64,000 nt of DNA, taken from the NCBI GenBank assembly GCA_020725665.1, contig DYEO01000002.1, positions 6,451 to 70,450 of the forward strand, written 5' to 3'. The position numbers and the translations under genes are program-made. This DNA is from Dethiobacter sp. GTDB lineage: Bacteria; Bacillota; Dethiobacteria; DTU022; UBA8154. Below are positions 1 through 9,106 of this stretch, one piece after another (within the stretch, counting starts at the first letter, position 1; every line of letters starts with the position of its first letter). Under the pieces are notes generated by a model. It ran no database searches. It was not told the DNA's origin and saw nothing but the letters and a program-made list of their open reading frames with translations.

Positions 1-170
1 ACCCTGCTGCCAAGCTCGGGCATCTCTGGGAAACACCTCCGTTGAAGTAATGGTGGTATTGATTTGCCCTTTATCATAGTCTTTCTGTCTTTATAAAGAA
101 AATCCTTCCCTTGTCGGTAAAAATTTTCTTTACCTTTGTCTGACGGAAAAGGAATAAGGGAATTCAAATA

Positions 171-211
171 GCAAAATGCGACAGGGGGATGGTTCTCGAT
201 CTGTCGCATTT
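171..211 (-). terminator. Rho-independent terminator 3' of spoIIE
   Basis: 10-bp inverted repeat aatgcgacag / ctgtcgcatt with an A/T-rich flank, just beyond the spoIIE stop at 261. Confidence 0.4.
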
Positions 212-260
212 CACATTGTTACAGCTCACGTGGACGTATCGCCTGCCCTGTTTTAGGTCT

Positions 261-2441
261 TTAATTAATGGGTCGGAAGCGTCCCACCAGAACGGTGAGG
301 TCGTCCTGCACGCCCCGGGGCCGGCGATAGCACGCCTCCTCAATGAGGCGATCAGCAATAATCTGAGGGTGATCGTGCCGGATCTCGTTCAGGGTATCGA
401 CCAGCCACCCGTCTTCGTAGCCCGCGGCATTTTCCAGGAGGCCGTCGGTGACCATCACCAGCGTTCCCCCATGCTCAAGCTTAAAATGGTGTTTTTCAGG
501 AGCAATCTCCTCAAGGATACCAATAGGCAACGAACCGGAGCCCACGACCTTGGTCGCTCCCCCATTTTTTAAAAAGCTGGGTGGGGCACCCAATTTGTAG
601 AGATCCAGATCTCCCGAGCGACTATCCAGCATAGCCATGTCCAGGGTGGCAAATTTCTCCGAGGGGTAACGCAGGCGTAAAAGTGTATTGATCGTATTCA
701 GTATTACATCCTGACGCAGCCCGGCCGCCAGCAGGCGCTCCATGAGCTTTACCGTGGAACGGCTGGCCTGGCGCGCCTCCTTACCCGAACCCATGCCGTC
801 GCTGAGGAGAATAGCCTGTCTTCCCTCTTTTAACGGCAGCACGGCATAACTGTCACCGGTAACACTTTGTCCCTCCCGGGCTACCTGGGCCACGCCAATC
901 TCAAGCGCATAAAGCACCGTCTCGGAAAGCTGCGACTCTTCTCCATCCCCGGTCTGCAGCTTAATCTCCTGGGCCAGATCGTGCATCAACGCCGCAATAC
1001 CCTCTAATTGCTGGGAGACCAGCACCCGGCCCTGTTGCAGCTTTTCCTCCCAGAAACTGTGCAGGCGATAGATCTCCCGCATATTTCCCATCGTCCGGAC
1101 CATTTCCCGCTGGCGGGGACAATAACGCCTCAATTTCACGGGGATCATTTTTTCAGAAAAATTGCCGCCTTTCTCCACTTCAGCGAGCATGGTCACAACC
1201 CTGCGGTACTGGTTAAAGAGATCGGTGTGCCAGCAGCGGTTGAAATACTCACAGGCATTGCAGACTCTGCGGCTGAAATAATCCACCAGCGGAGAAAGAT
1301 CGCCGCAGCCATGATCCCCATCGACCTGTTGAAGGGGTCGGAAAGTTTCCGCCAGCTCCTTGAAGACGGCCGCGAAATCCTTAACGCGGGTGGCCATGCT
1401 GAAACGAAGCCGTTCCTCGTCTTCCGGACGATATGGCAGAAAACCGCTCAATTGTTCTGTTTTATCCCAGGAGGAGCGGGGCACAGCCAGGAAAAGAGCA
1501 ACCACAACTAACTCTTCCCATAAATGGGTGAAGATAAATCCCCCCTCCAGGGCGTAATACGCGAGAAAGCGAAGTGCCAGCAAATAACCCCCCGCCACCC
1601 AGAAACGGCGCTGGTTACGCAGCACTCCGGCAACCAATCCGGCAATACCCAGCGTGCCGCTGAAGGGCAGCATGGCCGGGTTGTGGAAACTGATACAGAG
1701 CCCCACCACCACACCACCGGCCACGCCCCAGAAAGGACCCCAGAGATATGCCCCGGTCAGGACCAGTAAGGGAGCTACAATATTGACAACGGCAATATTT
1801 TCATGTAAAAAAATATCGGTCATACCCAGCAGGACAAGAAAAAGGATCAGCCCCATACCTACAACAATTTCCGGTGCAGGACGGCTGTTTTTACGCAACT
1901 GTACCGACTCTAAAAGGGGGAGCAGGAGTGAGGGTAAAAGAACGGCCAGAGCCACCTCCAACCCGGTAATAAAAAGCTTGTAGCTGTTAAAAGAGATAAA
2001 ATAAAAGAGGGGCAGCCGCACCAACACGATGGCCAGGGGTAAGGTGAGGCTCAGGGACAACTTCCTGCGCCACAGCAGGGTCAGGACGCCATCCAGCAAG
2101 CGCCACAACAGCATGGTCGCCGGCAGGACCCAGGGGGGAAAAGCACCGGTATCAACCGTCAGCCAACCGGCCAGGATACCCAGGGTAACAGCATTTTTCC
2201 ATTGGCGTGAAGTACGTAAAACCACTGCCCAGAAAATCAGGGCAAACGGCATAACTTCTCCCAGCAGGGAGGCTCGTCCAATAAAAAGGGCAATAAAAAA
2301 CCAGTAAATCCAGCCAAACTCCAGGCTCCTCTTTTTTATGACAGCGCTTTTTAAGGCCTCAGAGATCCCCATTCCCTTCATCCGATGTATCCAGCCAGGC
2401 GTACGCAGGGGCAATTTCTCCGTATTAATGCGCTCCAACAT
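261..2441 (-). CDS. spoIIE: Stage II sporulation protein E (polytopic membrane PP2C-type phosphatase)
   Basis: N-terminal half is a long run of hydrophobic helices; C-terminal PP2C motifs (LSDGMGSG, VMVTDGLLE). Start moved to Met13 (MLERINTEK), which has a GGGAGGG RBS; the track's first ATG overlaps the -10 box. Confidence 0.85.
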   Translation of the reverse strand: MLERINTEKLPLRTPGWIHRMKGMGISEALKSAVIKKRSLEFGWIYWFFIALFIGRASLLGEVMPFALIFWAVVLRTSRQWKNAVTLGILAGWLTVDTGAFPPWVLPATMLLWRLLDGVLTLLWRRKLSLSLTLPLAIVLVRLPLFYFISFNSYKLFITGLEVALAVLLPSLLLPLLESVQLRKNSRPAPEIVVGMGLILFLVLLGMTDIFLHENIAVVNIVAPLLVLTGAYLWGPFWGVAGGVVVGLCISFHNPAMLPFSGTLGIAGLVAGVLRNQRRFWVAGGYLLALRFLAYYALEGGFIFTHLWEELVVVALFLAVPRSSWDKTEQLSGFLPYRPEDEERLRFSMATRVKDFAAVFKELAETFRPLQQVDGDHGCGDLSPLVDYFSRRVCNACEYFNRCWHTDLFNQYRRVVTMLAEVEKGGNFSEKMIPVKLRRYCPRQREMVRTMGNMREIYRLHSFWEEKLQQGRVLVSQQLEGIAALMHDLAQEIKLQTGDGEESQLSETVLYALEIGVAQVAREGQSVTGDSYAVLPLKEGRQAILLSDGMGSGKEARQASRSTVKLMERLLAAGLRQDVILNTINTLLRLRYPSEKFATLDMAMLDSRSGDLDLYKLGAPPSFLKNGGATKVVGSGSLPIGILEEIAPEKHHFKLEHGGTLVMVTDGLLENAAGYEDGWLVDTLNEIRHDHPQIIADRLIEEACYRRPRGVQDDLTVLVGRFRPIN

Positions 2442-2475
2442 ATTAACCCTCCCGTAGATAAAAGTAGCATCACCC

Positions 2476-2508
2476 ATTATAGCGGCGCCTTCAGGAAATG
2501 TCTGTCAA
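2476..2508 (-). promoter_or_regulatory. sigma-A-type spoIIE promoter with a 21-nt spacer (TTGACA-21-TATAAT)
   Basis: rc of 2503-2508 is TTGACA and rc of 2476-2481 is TATAAT, 21 nt apart. B. subtilis spoIIE is known to have an unusually long spacer and Spo0A dependence. Confidence 0.5.
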
Positions 2509-2580
2509 AAAAGGGAGGCTAAAGAAATTTTATTTATGACATTAATTTTCATGATCATTAATAAAATACTGCGTTAAACT

Positions 2581-2611
2581 AAAAATACGCCTCCTCCCCG
2601 GCGTATTTTTA
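2581..2611. terminator. Hairpin terminator between ppx and the spoIIE promoter
   Basis: aatacgcc-tcctcccc-ggcgtatt stem-loop flanked by an A-run and a T-run. Confidence 0.45.
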
Positions 2612-2660
2612 AGATTATTCTTTTATTGTTGTCGATCCGCAGAACAAAATAACCCAATTA

Positions 2661-3587
2661 TTAATAAAGTTTAACATTAAGTAAGCCGTGGAGCAGTCCT
2701 TGCTCCGAAACGCGAATATACTCTTTTTCCAGGTATTCCAGCAGAGTCGACAGGGCCGCCGCTCCCGCAACAATAATATGGGCACGCTGCGGCGCAAAGG
2801 GAAGGAGGTGTGCCCGCTGTGCCGGAGAGCTGCACCTGAGTACCCGTTCCAAATCATCTATATCCTTCTTTGGCAGCCGCAAATCGTCAACGCACCCCGG
2901 GACAAAGCATTCCAGTCCCAGCGCCAACATGGCCAAAGTTGTAACCGTTCCCCCCAGCCCCACCAGATCCCGATGCGTTGCCGCCGCAGAGAGATCTTTC
3001 TGTAAATTCATCAACCGTTTTACATTCTCCTGCAGACTGTTTAGCTGCTCAAGCGTCCGCCGGGAACCGGGATAAAAGGCTTCGGTGAGACTGACGGCGC
3101 CAAGCGGTAAACTGCAATAGCGAAATACGCCCTGTTCCTGCCAGGAAAACTCACTGCTCCGGCCTCCGAAATCAAGGACCAGGAAATTTTCTGCACTTGC
3201 AGCAGTGACAGTGCCTTTGATGGCCCCTTTAAAACCGTAATATGCCTCCTCCCTTTCCGTAAGCAGGCGAACAGGATAAGGGGAAATTCCCGCCGCTTCC
3301 GAGAGAAAAGCGGTTCCATCCCCGGCCTCCCGCACAGCGCTGGTGGCCACCACTTCCCCCTCTGACACCTGTTCCTGTTTCATGATACACAGCAAGGCAG
3401 AAAGAGCCGCCAGCGTTCGCTCCCTGGCCGGGGGGTAAAGGGGCCCGCCGGGAAGAAGTTTCTCACCCAGTCGTGTCTCCCTTAGCTCACTCCGCAGGTA
3501 TAGCAGGTTCTGTCCTTCTACAAGAGCTATGAGCAGGCGCAGGGAATTGCTGCCCAAATCAATGGCGCCGATTTTACGTGCTATCAA
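2661..3587 (-). CDS. Ppx/GppA-family phosphatase (exopolyphosphatase / pppGpp phosphohydrolase)
   Basis: N-terminal IGAIDLGSNSLRLLIA actin-like fold motif; TTG start with a GGGGAGTGA RBS. Confidence 0.7.
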   Translation of the reverse strand: MIARKIGAIDLGSNSLRLLIALVEGQNLLYLRSELRETRLGEKLLPGGPLYPPARERTLAALSALLCIMKQEQVSEGEVVATSAVREAGDGTAFLSEAAGISPYPVRLLTEREEAYYGFKGAIKGTVTAASAENFLVLDFGGRSSEFSWQEQGVFRYCSLPLGAVSLTEAFYPGSRRTLEQLNSLQENVKRLMNLQKDLSAAATHRDLVGLGGTVTTLAMLALGLECFVPGCVDDLRLPKKDIDDLERVLRCSSPAQRAHLLPFAPQRAHIIVAGAAALSTLLEYLEKEYIRVSEQGLLHGLLNVKLY

Positions 3588-3620
3588 TTATCACTCCCCA
3601 GCCATGTGTCTGAACAGTTG

Positions 3621-3647
3621 CAAACAAAAAGGCACTTTGCTGTGCCC
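3621..3647 (-). terminator. Rho-independent terminator 3' of yabR
   Basis: ggcac-tttgct-gtgcc hairpin followed by a T-run on the minus strand. Confidence 0.4.
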
Positions 3648-3820
3648 TTTTCTGTAAAGTAACATAATACTACCCGGTAAAAAAGAAAACGCCACCATGT
3701 TCCGGGTGTAAAGGTTTATTGTAACTTATTAACCTGCAACCGGCCTGATAATGAATGAAAAAGTATTATTCGGGATAATAGCGCCTTAACTGAACATAAG
3801 CCGGCTAAACCGGCGGGTTG

Positions 3821-4255
3821 CTAAAAGAACTCACGATCATAGTGCCGGTAACTTCTTCCTCCGCCTCTTTTTGCATCCGTATTTTTCTTCAGATCCTGCT
3901 GTTTTTCATCGCTCTCCTTGATAAACCGCGCCAGCTTGTCTTCAAAAGAGATGACACCACTACCACCGGTAACACGGCCGCCGCCACTACGACGTGGCGC
4001 CGGATTCCCCTTCCCGTCATTGAGGGCACGCCTGATGGAAAGCCCCACTTTACCGTCACCGTTAACGGAAAGAATCTTTACCTTGACCTTGTCCTTTTTC
4101 TGAAGATGCTCGTGAATATCCTTTACGTAACTGTCGGCCACTTCCGAAATATGCACAAGACCCGTTTCCCCGTTAGGCAGTAATATAAATGCACCAAAAT
4201 TTGTAATGCCAGTTACCACCCCTTCCACAATGCTTCCGACTGACAGCGAAGACAT
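3821..4255 (-). CDS. yabR: S1 RNA-binding domain protein YabR
   Basis: S1 domain (GSIVEGVVTGITNFGAFILLPNGETGLVHISE); conserved position between divIC and spoIIE. Confidence 0.75.
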   Translation of the reverse strand: MSSLSVGSIVEGVVTGITNFGAFILLPNGETGLVHISEVADSYVKDIHEHLQKKDKVKVKILSVNGDGKVGLSIRRALNDGKGNPAPRRSGGGRVTGGSGVISFEDKLARFIKESDEKQQDLKKNTDAKRGGGRSYRHYDREFF

Positions 4256-4354
4256 GATAAAAAAATATCCTCCTTATAAATATTAAATACCACCAAGATA
4301 AATTATATTCCCTTTCGACAAATTGTCAATAATCTGTTGCCTGAATTTAGCAAT

Positions 4355-4660
4355 TTAATTGCCCACGTTGAAGATAATCTCTCCCGGCCTCACCAGCCCC
4401 AGTTCCTTGCGCGCCCTGATCTCCAGATACTCCTTATCCTGTAAAAGAACTATTTCTTCCTCGAGGGCCATATTCTCCTCTTTGAGCATCTCCATGCGGA
4501 CCGAAAGCTTTTTTAGCTCCGCCTTGGCCTGCCAGTAGGCGAAAGCCTGTCCGGCATAGAGGTAAACTGCAACACCGATGCATAGAAGAAAGAGCAGGGT
4601 CAAGAGCGCACGTGCTGGTCTGGCCCTGGAGCGCCGCGGATAGCGGATTACCCGGTTCAT
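4355..4660 (-). CDS. divIC: Septum formation initiator DivIC/FtsB
   Basis: Single TM helix plus a coiled coil (LKKLSVRMEMLKEENMALEEEI); synteny with yabQ and yabR. Confidence 0.7.
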   Translation of the reverse strand: MNRVIRYPRRSRARPARALLTLLFLLCIGVAVYLYAGQAFAYWQAKAELKKLSVRMEMLKEENMALEEEIVLLQDKEYLEIRARKELGLVRPGEIIFNVGN

Positions 4661-4664
4661 AATA

Positions 4665-5075
4665 TCACTCCCCGGTTTTTTTCAGTTTACCGAGAAACCT
4701 GCGGCAGGCCGCTCTTTCCTTAAGAACAAAATATTTCGCCTTATGCCACAGTCTCAATCCATATTTTAAAGTATGCAGCATGTACTTGTAAAGGTGACGG
4801 CTGCAAAAAAAATAATAAATGATGATCCCCAGGAAAAAGGAAAGGTACACATGGAACCTCACTTCGCCCTGGTTGAAGAAAAAAAGAAACTGGTAAACGG
4901 CTAAAGCTGCCAGCAGGCAGATAAGTAAATCGGCAAGAAAAAGGATACTGCCCGGTAGCAGTAAAACCTTTTTCAGGGCACGCGTCAGATCAAAAATCAA
5001 CCCTGTAAGCAGTCCCCCGGCCAGGATGATTAAAAAGACCATAAACTGTTGGCTCAACGGCACCGCGGAGTTCAT
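4665..5075 (-). CDS. yabQ: Spore cortex biosynthesis membrane protein YabQ
   Basis: Small polytopic membrane protein immediately after yabP, with a 4-nt overlap. Confidence 0.55.
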   Translation of the reverse strand: MNSAVPLSQQFMVFLIILAGGLLTGLIFDLTRALKKVLLLPGSILFLADLLICLLAALAVYQFLFFFNQGEVRFHVYLSFFLGIIIYYFFCSRHLYKYMLHTLKYGLRLWHKAKYFVLKERAACRRFLGKLKKTGE

Positions 5076-5407
5076 TTAAACAACCGTTCAAAAAATGATT
5101 TGCCCCTTTCCTTGCGCAAGAAACCTTTCTTCTCCGAGTAAGCCATTTCCAGCAGGAAGCCTTCAATTAACAGTTGTCCCTGTTCCAGGTTAAGATGCTT
5201 GATATGCATCTCTTCACCCCGCATGGCCAAAAGGCCCTGCTCTGTCTCCAGCACAATTTCCTGGTCGTCGAAGCTGTCCACATTGAGTACGCCACTTATT
5301 TCAATGCGTCCCCGGTTATCAACTACAACCTTATGGTATGTCTGATGGCCCTGGTGCCCCTGCCTGTTGGTATACTTGTTTTCTTCCATAGCCACCCTCT
5401 CCTCCAC
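5072..5407 (-). CDS. yabP: Sporulation protein YabP
   Basis: YabP family signature (VVVDNRGRIEISGVLNVDSFDD...LLIEG). Confidence 0.8.
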   Translation of the reverse strand: MEERVAMEENKYTNRQGHQGHQTYHKVVVDNRGRIEISGVLNVDSFDDQEIVLETEQGLLAMRGEEMHIKHLNLEQGQLLIEGFLLEMAYSEKKGFLRKERGKSFFERLFK

Positions 5408-5462
5408 TGCATTATATGCGGGGGAAAGGAAGAATATTACCGTGGATAGCCCTTGCGCAGCG

Positions 5463-6482
5463 TTATTCCCAAACGGTGGCTATGTTGATGTCTCTATAGA
5501 AATAGCGGACAATCTCCTCCGGGGAGCGGCCCTGCTCCGCCAGGGCACGGGCTCCCCACTGGCACATACCCACGCCGTGACCGTAACCGCTCCCGGACAT
5601 CTGCAGCATCCCCTCCGCCACATTGACATCCTTCAGGAAAGTGGAACGCATCTCCGCGCTTCCCAGGCCCAGGCGCAATCCCGGCCCGCTGATCTCCAGA
5701 TCATTGACCTGAAAAACGGCAGCCCGCCCGGAAGGCCCGAATTCCTTAACCTCCACCCGCTGCACCGGCCCCGGATCCTTGCCGGTTGCCTCTCTTACAA
5801 CATTACGTACCTTTTCCAGGGGGAAACTGGCACTCCATTCACCCTCCTCCACGGGAATAATATCCTGTCCCGGGTTGTCAACAATCTGGATGTAGGGGGG
5901 GTTTCCTCCTTCAAAGGCGAGCCCCTCATCAGCCTCAGCCGTACGCGGTCCCGCGTAGGCGCTGAACCAGCCCCGGATAAACTCGTTGTTGTGGTATGCC
6001 ACCTCTCCCCGCGTCATCTGCACCGCTTCGCGCACCTGATCGGTTATATCTGCCGCACTGTACGCCTGGAACTCCTCGATATCCGTGGAAGCGTGAGCGC
6101 CGCGTTCGGGGACGCCCCCGTTCTCGGCAATTTTCTGTAGCGTAAAGGTACGGGCAATAATCGCCTGAGCCGCCAGGACTTCCCGGGGCCAGGTCGGATC
6201 CATTTCCCCGGCAACCACTCCGGCGATATATTCCTCAAAAGCCATCTCCCTTACAACACCCTCTTCCGCAATATATACCAACAGGGTCGGCTCCTCATTA
6301 CCCGTTTGCTGTAACTGGGGAGGGAGCGGCGGCGGTTCCGGCGTACCCGCTCCGGGGGGCTCAATGGGAGCAAGCCGGTCGCAGCCAATACTGCTTCCCA
6401 GCAGTATAAACATGACCGCCAAAATACAAATCACGCTGAAGAAAAACTTCCTTAATCCTGATTCTCCTTTTTGCCTTTTCAT
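5463..6482 (-). CDS. spoIID: Stage II sporulation protein D (SpoIID/LytB domain)
   Basis: SpoIID/LytB motifs (YIAGVVAGEM, GYGHGVGMCQWGA). Start moved to Met28 (MKRQKG), which precedes an N-terminal TM helix. Confidence 0.7.
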   Translation of the reverse strand: MKRQKGESGLRKFFFSVICILAVMFILLGSSIGCDRLAPIEPPGAGTPEPPPLPPQLQQTGNEEPTLLVYIAEEGVVREMAFEEYIAGVVAGEMDPTWPREVLAAQAIIARTFTLQKIAENGGVPERGAHASTDIEEFQAYSAADITDQVREAVQMTRGEVAYHNNEFIRGWFSAYAGPRTAEADEGLAFEGGNPPYIQIVDNPGQDIIPVEEGEWSASFPLEKVRNVVREATGKDPGPVQRVEVKEFGPSGRAAVFQVNDLEISGPGLRLGLGSAEMRSTFLKDVNVAEGMLQMSGSGYGHGVGMCQWGARALAEQGRSPEEIVRYFYRDINIATVWE

Positions 6483-6763
6483 TTTAATACCACTTGATAC
6501 CACCTCTCTGCATAATACCGGCAAGCACCCCGCCCTTAAAGCTTTTCTAGTCTGTGCCACCAATCCTATTTTATACAGCTCTTGAAACTATTCAGGAGTC
6601 AGGAGTCAGAATGAGAGAACCGGCGTGCCGCCGTCTCTATAGCAGCGCATAAAGCGGAAGGTTCTGCCGGCAAAAGGTTTTCCGTGTAACCTTCAGCTTA
6701 AAAGGGGAATAAAATAGAGGAAAATAAAGGCACATTCGCCACTAAAAAAAGGGGGAAACTCTC

Positions 6764-7624
6764 TTGACATCATCCGGCTTACATAGCGACAACGGATGGG
6801 AACTTGACTTTCAATTTCCTCTGCCTGAGCGGACGGAAAAACCGCGCCGCAGTGGTATTACCATGATTTTCGATAAGGGATTGGGACCGCAGGAAACACA
6901 GGACTTATTGGAACTATGCACGCCGCACATAGATTTCTGGAAGTTGGGATTCGCCTCTTCCGCACTCTACCCACCGGCCCTGCTGCGCCGTAAGATCGCC
7001 CTTGTAAAATCATTCAATATCAGTATTTACCCGGGAGGCACGTTTAGTGAAATTGCCACCGTGCAGGGAAAATTGTACACCTACCTGCAGAGGGCCCGGG
7101 AACTTGGTTTTTCTGCAGTGGAGATTTCCGACGGAACCATTCAAATCAACCCCCGGGAAAGAAGTGAGGCCATTAAAGCAGCCCGGGAAATGGGATTGTC
7201 TGTACTTACGGAAATCGGTAAAAAAGACGGGGCGGCTCCCTTCCAGCCTGCGGCCATGGCCGCACAAGTGGAAAGGGACCTGCGTGACGGTGCATCTCTG
7301 GTCATTGTGGAAGCCCGGGAGTCGGGCAAAGGTGTGACTATCTTTGACCGGGCCGGCCGCCTGGACCATGAAAAAGCCCTTAAACTGCTGCGGGAAATTG
7401 GTGCGGGAGCGGAACGGCTCATCTGGGAAGCACCCCTCTCCTCGCAACAGGTGGAGTTTATTCGCCTGCTGGGGGTGGAAGTGAACCTGGGCAACGTGGC
7501 GCCGAAAGATGTTCTCGCACTTGAATCACTGCGCCGGGGGCTGCGTGCCGACACCTTCCGCCTCTCCCTGGAACATAAAAAGAAAGATGCCGCTCATTCT
7601 ATCGCACCACTTACAGTCATATAA
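6764..7624 (+). CDS. comA: (2R)-phospho-3-sulfolactate synthase
   Basis: Blocks conserved with archaeal ComA and bacterial YitD: IFDKGLG, FSAVEISDGT, LTEIGKK, ARESGKGV, EAPLSSQQVEFI, LRRGLRADTF. TTG start with an AAAGGGGGAAAC RBS. Confidence 0.7.
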   Translation: MTSSGLHSDNGWELDFQFPLPERTEKPRRSGITMIFDKGLGPQETQDLLELCTPHIDFWKLGFASSALYPPALLRRKIALVKSFNISIYPGGTFSEIATVQGKLYTYLQRARELGFSAVEISDGTIQINPRERSEAIKAAREMGLSVLTEIGKKDGAAPFQPAAMAAQVERDLRDGASLVIVEARESGKGVTIFDRAGRLDHEKALKLLREIGAGAERLIWEAPLSSQQVEFIRLLGVEVNLGNVAPKDVLALESLRRGLRADTFRLSLEHKKKDAAHSIAPLTVI

Positions 7625-7663
7625 TGAGAGCAAAAAGGTATTAACCAAAAGGGCGGCGGTGAC

Positions 7664-8119
7664 ATGAGCGGCTTTACCTTGATTCTGTTGATTTTTCTGA
7701 TGGGTCTGGCCGCTCGTTCCACTTCCCTGACCCTCGCTGCCGGACTCTTGCTGCTTTTGCGCATACTTCATATAAAAAGCCTCCTCCCTCTGCTGGAAGA
7801 ACGGGGCGTGGAGGTAGGGCTTCTTTTTCTGATGATGGCCGTGCTTATTCCCATTGCCCTGGATCGGGTGGGGACAGAAGATTTTTTGATTACCTTTCGC
7901 ACCCTACCCGGGCTGCTGGCCATTGCCGCCGGGGTGGTAGCCACGCGCCTGAACGGTATGGGCCTGAATCTGTTGGAAAGCCAACCCCAGATTATATTTG
8001 GGTTGGTCGTAGGATCCATTATCGGCATTGTTTTTTTAAAAGGGGTCCCCGTGGGGCCGCTGATGGCCGGGGGAATGGCAGCCCTTTTCCTCTACGTGGC
8101 CGGCCTCTTTTCCCGCTAG
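7664..8119 (+). CDS. DUF441/UPF0756-family small membrane protein
   Basis: About 150 aa with 4 predicted TM helices, a common architecture. Confidence 0.45.
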   Translation: MSGFTLILLIFLMGLAARSTSLTLAAGLLLLLRILHIKSLLPLLEERGVEVGLLFLMMAVLIPIALDRVGTEDFLITFRTLPGLLAIAAGVVATRLNGMGLNLLESQPQIIFGLVVGSIIGIVFLKGVPVGPLMAGGMAALFLYVAGLFSR

Positions 8120-8404
8120 ATATCCCCGTATAAGACGGTCCCAAAAAGGTCAGACTTTTTTGGGACCAGAATTAAAAAGGGCCTTGACTCTGGAGGGAAT
8201 TTTAATGAAAGAGCTTTTTTTCCTGCTTTTTGTACTTAACCTGCTCTGGCTATGCGGTGTTTTGCCCCTCTTTCCAGGCACAGCCCGGGACAGCTACCGC
8301 TATTTCTTCCAAAAAACCGCCAGCAGGTATTCCTCCCGTTGTAAACCGGAGGAAAAGGGTTTTCTCCCTTTTCCTCTTTTCTTTAATGGTTATTCGCGGC
8401 GGGG

Positions 8405-9031
8405 ATGATATTACTTAATAAAGGCTCCCCTTCCTTTACGTTTCCGGAGCTCGACGAAAACACCCCGGCCGCCATTGCTTATACCTCGGCCACCACAGGC
8501 CTGCCCAAGGGTGTGGAAATGGGGGAACTTTTATTGCGGGGCCCCTGGATTGCCGGCGCATATTATAAAGACCCGGAGCGGAGCAATGAAACCTTTAAGG
8601 ATGGATGGTATTACAGCAACGATATTGTTACTGTGGATGAGGAGGGTTATATTCTCGTACAGGACCGGGCCAAGGATCTGATCAAAAGCGGGGGGGAATG
8701 GATTTCTTCAGTGGAGCTGGAAAATAAAATCATGGCCCATCCCGCCGTGGTGGAAGCAGCCGTCATAGCCATCCCCGATGCCAAATGGCAGGAGCGGCCC
8801 CTGGCCTGTGTCGTGCTAAAAGAAGAGGAAAAAGGTAAAATCTCCGGGGAAGATATTATCAACTTTATCAAGGACAAGGTGGCAAAATGGTGGTTGCCCA
8901 ACAGGGTTATCTTTATTGACGAGGTCCCCAAGATCAGCGTAGGCAAATTCGATAAAAAAAGCATGCGCCAGAAATACTTTCAGGCATGGGTCGAAGGTCA
9001 AAAGTCAAAAGTCGAAGGTCGGGACGCGTAG
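8405..9031 (+). pseudogene. Remnant of an AMP-dependent acyl-CoA synthetase/ligase (N-terminal truncation plus internal deletion)
   Basis: Contains the AMP-binding motif TSATTGLPKGV joined directly to the C-terminal GELLLRGPWIAGAYY...DGWYYSNDI...SGGEWISSVELE region. The roughly 300-aa N-terminus and 150 internal residues are missing. Confidence 0.6.
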
Positions 9032-9095
9032 CTTTATTTGTAAAGCAAATACATTTACTGAATGACTTTGGACTTTGGACTTTGGACTTTAGACT
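8990..9095. repeat. Inverted pair of tandem heptanucleotide repeats (GTCRAAR x5 ... GACTTTG x4) forming a long imperfect hairpin
   Basis: gtcgaaggtcaaaagtcaaaagtcgaaggtc ... gactttggactttggactttggactttagac. The arms are about 90% complementary and about 43 nt apart, between convergent genes. Confidence 0.55.
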
Positions 9096-9106
9096 GTACA
9101 ATTGCG

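Noticed and set aside
1008-2307. Several long ORFs on the plus strand (1008-1511, 1654-1983, 2029-2307)
   Set aside because: They lie antisense to and entirely inside spoIIE. They are Arg/Pro/Gly-rich translations typical of a GC-rich antisense frame and carry no motifs.
3660-3820. Possible tRNA or small RNA between ppx and yabR (B. subtilis has tRNA genes near spoIIE)
   Set aside because: No cloverleaf could be folded. Only small hairpins (gccggctaaaccggc) are present and no T-loop GTTCRANYC motif.
6586-6763. Possible riboswitch or leader upstream of comA (structured, GC-rich 170-nt region with a caggagt caggagt repeat)
   Set aside because: Did not match any riboswitch consensus I can recall (SAM, glycine, c-di-AMP, T-box), so it is left as an ordinary 5' region.
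7010-7554. Minus-strand ORFs of 145 and 137 aa overlapping comA
   Set aside because: Antisense to a well-supported ComA homologue, with Ser/Arg/Pro-rich composition.
8160-8418. ORFs of 82 and 62 aa upstream of the ligase fragment
   Set aside because: Low-complexity and overlapping, with no RBS. They lie in the degraded N-terminal region of the acyl-CoA ligase pseudogene.
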